Notes under the pieces: generated by a model
Database searches by the model: none
What the model was told of the DNA's origin: nothing
The model's input: the letters and a program-made list of their open reading frames with translations, nothing else
In this document: positions 61,018 to 64,000 of the stretch, piece by piece
Numbering within the stretch: position 1 is the first letter of the stretch
Layout of the letters: the number at the start of each line of letters is the position of its first letter
Translations under genes and position numbers: made by a program
Source: Acidobacteriota bacterium
GTDB taxonomy: Bacteria; Acidobacteriota; UBA6911; JACQSX01
Assembly (NCBI GenBank): GCA_036507075.1
Contig: DASXQR010000017.1
Coordinates: forward strand, 64,001 to 128,000
Length of the DNA stretch: 64,000 nt
Reading direction: 5' to 3'

Positions 61018-61260
61018 CGAATGCGGAATGTGAAATGCGGAATGATTTTAGATGGGGAATGCGGAATGCGAAATGCGGAATGATTTTAGATGCGGAATGC
61101 GGAATGCGGAATGCGGAATAAGGAAGTGAGCTTTTTCTATCTTCGGAGAGTCGAGCCAAACATTCGGCGTTCCCCATTCCGCATTCTCCATTCCCCATTC
61201 CGCATTCTCCATTCCGCATTTAAAATCATTCCGCATTCCGCATTCCGCATTCCGCATTCG
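61018..61260. repeat. Long inverted heptamer-array element (ATGCGGA/TTCCGCA)
   Basis: Starts just after the upstream stop; open in frame with the downstream gene. Confidence 0.92.
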
Positions 61261-61266
61261 GAAGTC

Positions 61267-62277
61267 TTGCTGGTCCTGCTGCTTGCTCTTCTAGTGTCCG
61301 CTTCCTGCCGCAGCGATGCCACCAACCGCATTGTGGTTTACTCCACGCACGGCAAGGAGCTTCTGGGCGACCTGCAAAAACGGTTTGAGGGCCAAAATCC
61401 GGGCCTGGATGTCCAGTGGCTGGACATGGGATCGCAGGACGTGCTGGACAGGCTTCGCTCCGAGAAGGCAAATCCGCAGGCGGATGTCTGGTTTGGCGCC
61501 CCCAACGTAATGTTTAGCCAGGCCTCGCGCGAGGGTCTGCTCCAGAGTTACCTTCCCACCTGGGCCGATAAGGTGCCCGCCTCGGCGCGGGGCTTAAACG
61601 ACGCGTGGTTTGGGACTTACTTCACGCCCGAGGTGATCGGTTACAACAGTAATGCGGTGAAGGATCAGGATGTGCCGCGAGACTGGGATGATCTTCTGTT
61701 GCCGCGCTGGAGAAAGAGGATCATCATTCGCGACCCGGTCGCGTCGGGGACGATGCGCACGATCTTTGGAGCTATGCTTTTCCGTTTTCAGAAACAGGGA
61801 GACGTCGAGAAGGGCTTTGACTGGCTTCGCCGGCTGGATGCAAACACCAAAGAATATGTGGCCAATTCGACGATTCTCTTTCAGAAGATGGCGCGCGGTG
61901 AAGCCGACATCACGCTGTGGAACATGCCTGACATGGAACTGCAGCGAAACATCTACCATTTTCCTTTCGGCTACGTTTTCCCGTCCAGCGGGACACCGTA
62001 TCTTACCGAGGGGATTGCCCTGGTACGACGGGAAAGGAATTCCGAGGCTGCCCGGAAGTACTATGAATTTGTAACTTCAGAGGAGAGTCTCAGAATGGCG
62101 GCCGAAAAATATGCCCGCATTCCGGCCCGTGCTGATATCCCCGCCTCCAGCCTTCCTCCCAACATTGCGCGGGCTCGAGAACAAATCCGCCCCTTGGACC
62201 TTGACTGGGAAGTGCTGGAAAAAGAGTCCAAAGGCTGGATAAAAAGGTGGGAAACGGAAATCAGGGGCTCCGGCTAG
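61267..62277 (+). CDS. Fe(III)/polyamine-type ABC substrate-binding lipoprotein
   Basis: LLVSASC lipobox, VVYS, EKANPQADVWFG, PRDWDDLL, DPVASGT; start uncertain (ORF open from 61090). Confidence 0.9.
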   Translation: MLVLLLALLVSASCRSDATNRIVVYSTHGKELLGDLQKRFEGQNPGLDVQWLDMGSQDVLDRLRSEKANPQADVWFGAPNVMFSQASREGLLQSYLPTWADKVPASARGLNDAWFGTYFTPEVIGYNSNAVKDQDVPRDWDDLLLPRWRKRIIIRDPVASGTMRTIFGAMLFRFQKQGDVEKGFDWLRRLDANTKEYVANSTILFQKMARGEADITLWNMPDMELQRNIYHFPFGYVFPSSGTPYLTEGIALVRRERNSEAARKYYEFVTSEESLRMAAEKYARIPARADIPASSLPPNIARAREQIRPLDLDWEVLEKESKGWIKRWETEIRGSG

Positions 62278-62483
62278 CTCGATTATTCAGGAGAACTTAA
62301 CCGCCAAGACCGCCAAGAGCAGCGCAAAGGACGGGGCTGAAGCTTGAAGTATGAAGGCCATCCAGGCAGCATCAAAAGTTGGCGTGATGCCCTTCATACT
62401 TCAAGCTTCAGCCCCGTCCTTTGCGCCATTCTTAGCGATCTTGGCGGTCTTGGCGGTTAAGATTTTTTGAATAGTTCGAGCTA
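62275..62483. repeat. ~210-bp palindromic element, family copy 2
   Basis: Same arms as 13354-13562 with paired substitutions; begins at the TAG of the upstream gene. Confidence 0.92.
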
Positions 62484-62536
62484 ATTCGATTTTCAAATTC
62501 GAAACTCGCACCCCCAACCTGCTAACCTATTGCTGC

Positions 62537-63589
62537 ATGTCATTGGTGCTCGACAACGTCTCAAAGAAATATGGCGCGACGCAAGCGGTGACAGACTTTT
62601 CGCTTGAGATGAATGCCGCAGAGATCTTGTGCCTGCTGGGACCGAGCGGCTGCGGCAAGACCACCACGCTGCGTCTGATTTCCGGGCTGGAATTTCCCGA
62701 TCAGGGCAGGATCGGCTTCGACGGGCACGACATTACGGACGTGGCTCCGCAGAAACGCCGCTTTGGCATGGTATTTCAGTCCTATGCATTGTTTCCTCAC
62801 ATGAACGTGTTTGAAAACGTCGCGTTCGGTCTGAGAGCTCTGGGCGTGGGAAAAGGCGAAATTCGCGAGCGCGTTAGAAAGGCCCTGGAACTGCTCCAGA
62901 TTGATTCAAAGTTTGATCGCCGAATTCAGGATCTCAGCGGAGGCGAGCAACAGCGTGTTGCGGTCGCTCGCGCTGTTGTCATTGAACCGCGCCTGCTGCT
63001 GCTGGATGAGCCGTTGAGCAATCTGGATGCCGTGTTGCGTGAAACCACCCGCACTCAGCTTCGGCAGCTGATCCGCAGGCTGAGGATTGGCGCCGTTTTT
63101 GTTACGCACGACCAGGAAGAGGCGTTTGCGCTGGGTGATCGAGTGGCCGTGATGAAGTCCGGCAGGCTTCAGCAGCTCGGAACCCCGTCGGAAATATATG
63201 AGCGTCCGGCAAACCTGTTCGTGGCGCAATTCATGGGAAAGTCCAACGTCCTCGACGTAAGCGCTCGCAACGGATCCGGGCAGTTCTCAACCGGTGATCT
63301 GGTCTGGAAAGCGGGCCGGCCCGCGGAGCGGTCCGGCAGTATGCATGCGTTCTTTCGACCCGATCAGGTCCAGCTCGGTGGTGCCGGCATTAATTCAGCT
63401 ACCGTGGAGATTGTGGATCTGCAACGCACCATCCGCGGCCTGTTGCTGGTGGCGCGTTTGGAAGCGCATCTGATTGAAGTGCAGGCGCCCATGTCCGTGT
63501 CGGATTCATCTCTCTCCCGCCTCAAAATCGGCGACCAGGTACAGATCTACGTACCGCCCGATGCGATTCATCTCTTTCCGCATGAGTAA
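62537..63589 (+). CDS. ABC transporter ATP-binding protein (FbpC/PotA family)
   Basis: GPSGCGKTT, VFQSYALFPH, LSGGEQQRVA, LDEPLSNLD, VTHDQEEA. Confidence 0.95.
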   Translation: MSLVLDNVSKKYGATQAVTDFSLEMNAAEILCLLGPSGCGKTTTLRLISGLEFPDQGRIGFDGHDITDVAPQKRRFGMVFQSYALFPHMNVFENVAFGLRALGVGKGEIRERVRKALELLQIDSKFDRRIQDLSGGEQQRVAVARAVVIEPRLLLLDEPLSNLDAVLRETTRTQLRQLIRRLRIGAVFVTHDQEEAFALGDRVAVMKSGRLQQLGTPSEIYERPANLFVAQFMGKSNVLDVSARNGSGQFSTGDLVWKAGRPAERSGSMHAFFRPDQVQLGGAGINSATVEIVDLQRTIRGLLLVARLEAHLIEVQAPMSVSDSSLSRLKIGDQVQIYVPPDAIHLFPHE

Positions 63590-64000
63590 TCGCGCGCGCG
63601 CCGTCGTCGTTGCCCTGGTGGTGTTCATAGCGGTATGGCTGATACTTTTTCCACATTTGTTTATCGGCGCGGAAAGTGTCCGCACCGCGGACGGCTGGGG
63701 TTTGGAGAACTATCGCCAGTTTTTCACCGAACCCTCCAATCTTGAAGCCACGCTGAACAGCTTCTGGATCTCGGTCTGGAGCGTCTTGCTGGCAGCCGTG
63801 ATTGGAACCCCTCTGGCGTTTCTTTTCCATAACCTGGAGTTTCCGGGGCGAAGGATATTTGCAACGCTTGCAGGGCTTCCCATACTGCTGCCACCGCTGG
63901 TCGGGAGCATCGCGATCATGTTTCTCTACGGCGAAAGCGGCGTCTTCAGCCGCTCGCTGCAGGCCGTTCTGGCCTTGAGTGAGCCTCCTTTTCGGTTCAC
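63582..64000 (+). CDS. Partial ABC permease (FbpB-like), runs off window end
   Basis: MSNRARAVVVALVVF...LENYRQFF...NSFWIS...FPGRRIF...LPILLPPLVG. Confidence 0.88.
   Translation, partial: MSNRARAVVVALVVFIAVWLILFPHLFIGAESVRTADGWGLENYRQFFTEPSNLEATLNSFWISVWSVLLAAVIGTPLAFLFHNLEFPGRRIFATLAGLPILLPPLVGSIAIMFLYGESGVFSRSLQAVLALSEPPFRF

Overview
Bacterial chromosomal segment; the gene content suggests Acidobacteriota, but that is inference and untested. Most of it is housekeeping: recG-rsmD, coaD, divergent pyr operons, ccsA-hemACD-pilT, scpAB-rluB, riboflavin genes, ltaE, hemW, radC, rlmI-like, ligD, an RND pump, serA, a Cu-ATPase, a diguanylate cyclase, and Gld-like and Fe(III)-type ABC systems. No rRNA, tRNA, CRISPR array or transposase was recognised. 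Features the ORF track misses or does not explain: (1) a membrane-anchored deiodinase-like selenoprotein split at an in-frame UGA (SCT-U), followed by a SECIS-like hairpin (20036-20716); (2) a ~6 kb block between rsmD and coaD with an XRE regulator, an ECF sigma/ZAS anti-sigma/TPR-CHAT protease trio, and a PD-(D/E)xK-like protein overlapping an HPRT homologue with several active-site substitutions; (3) more than 20 intergenic repeat elements, mostly inverted arrays of 7-, 8-, 9- or 15-mers or REP-like palindromes, some nested, some covarying, some supplying protein termini; (4) a RibBA whose three GTP cyclohydrolase zinc cysteines are all serine; (5) two gene remnants (TonB-dependent receptor, alpha/beta-hydrolase) and an uncalled 57-aa membrane protein. 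All product calls come from motif recognition by eye; no database search was run.
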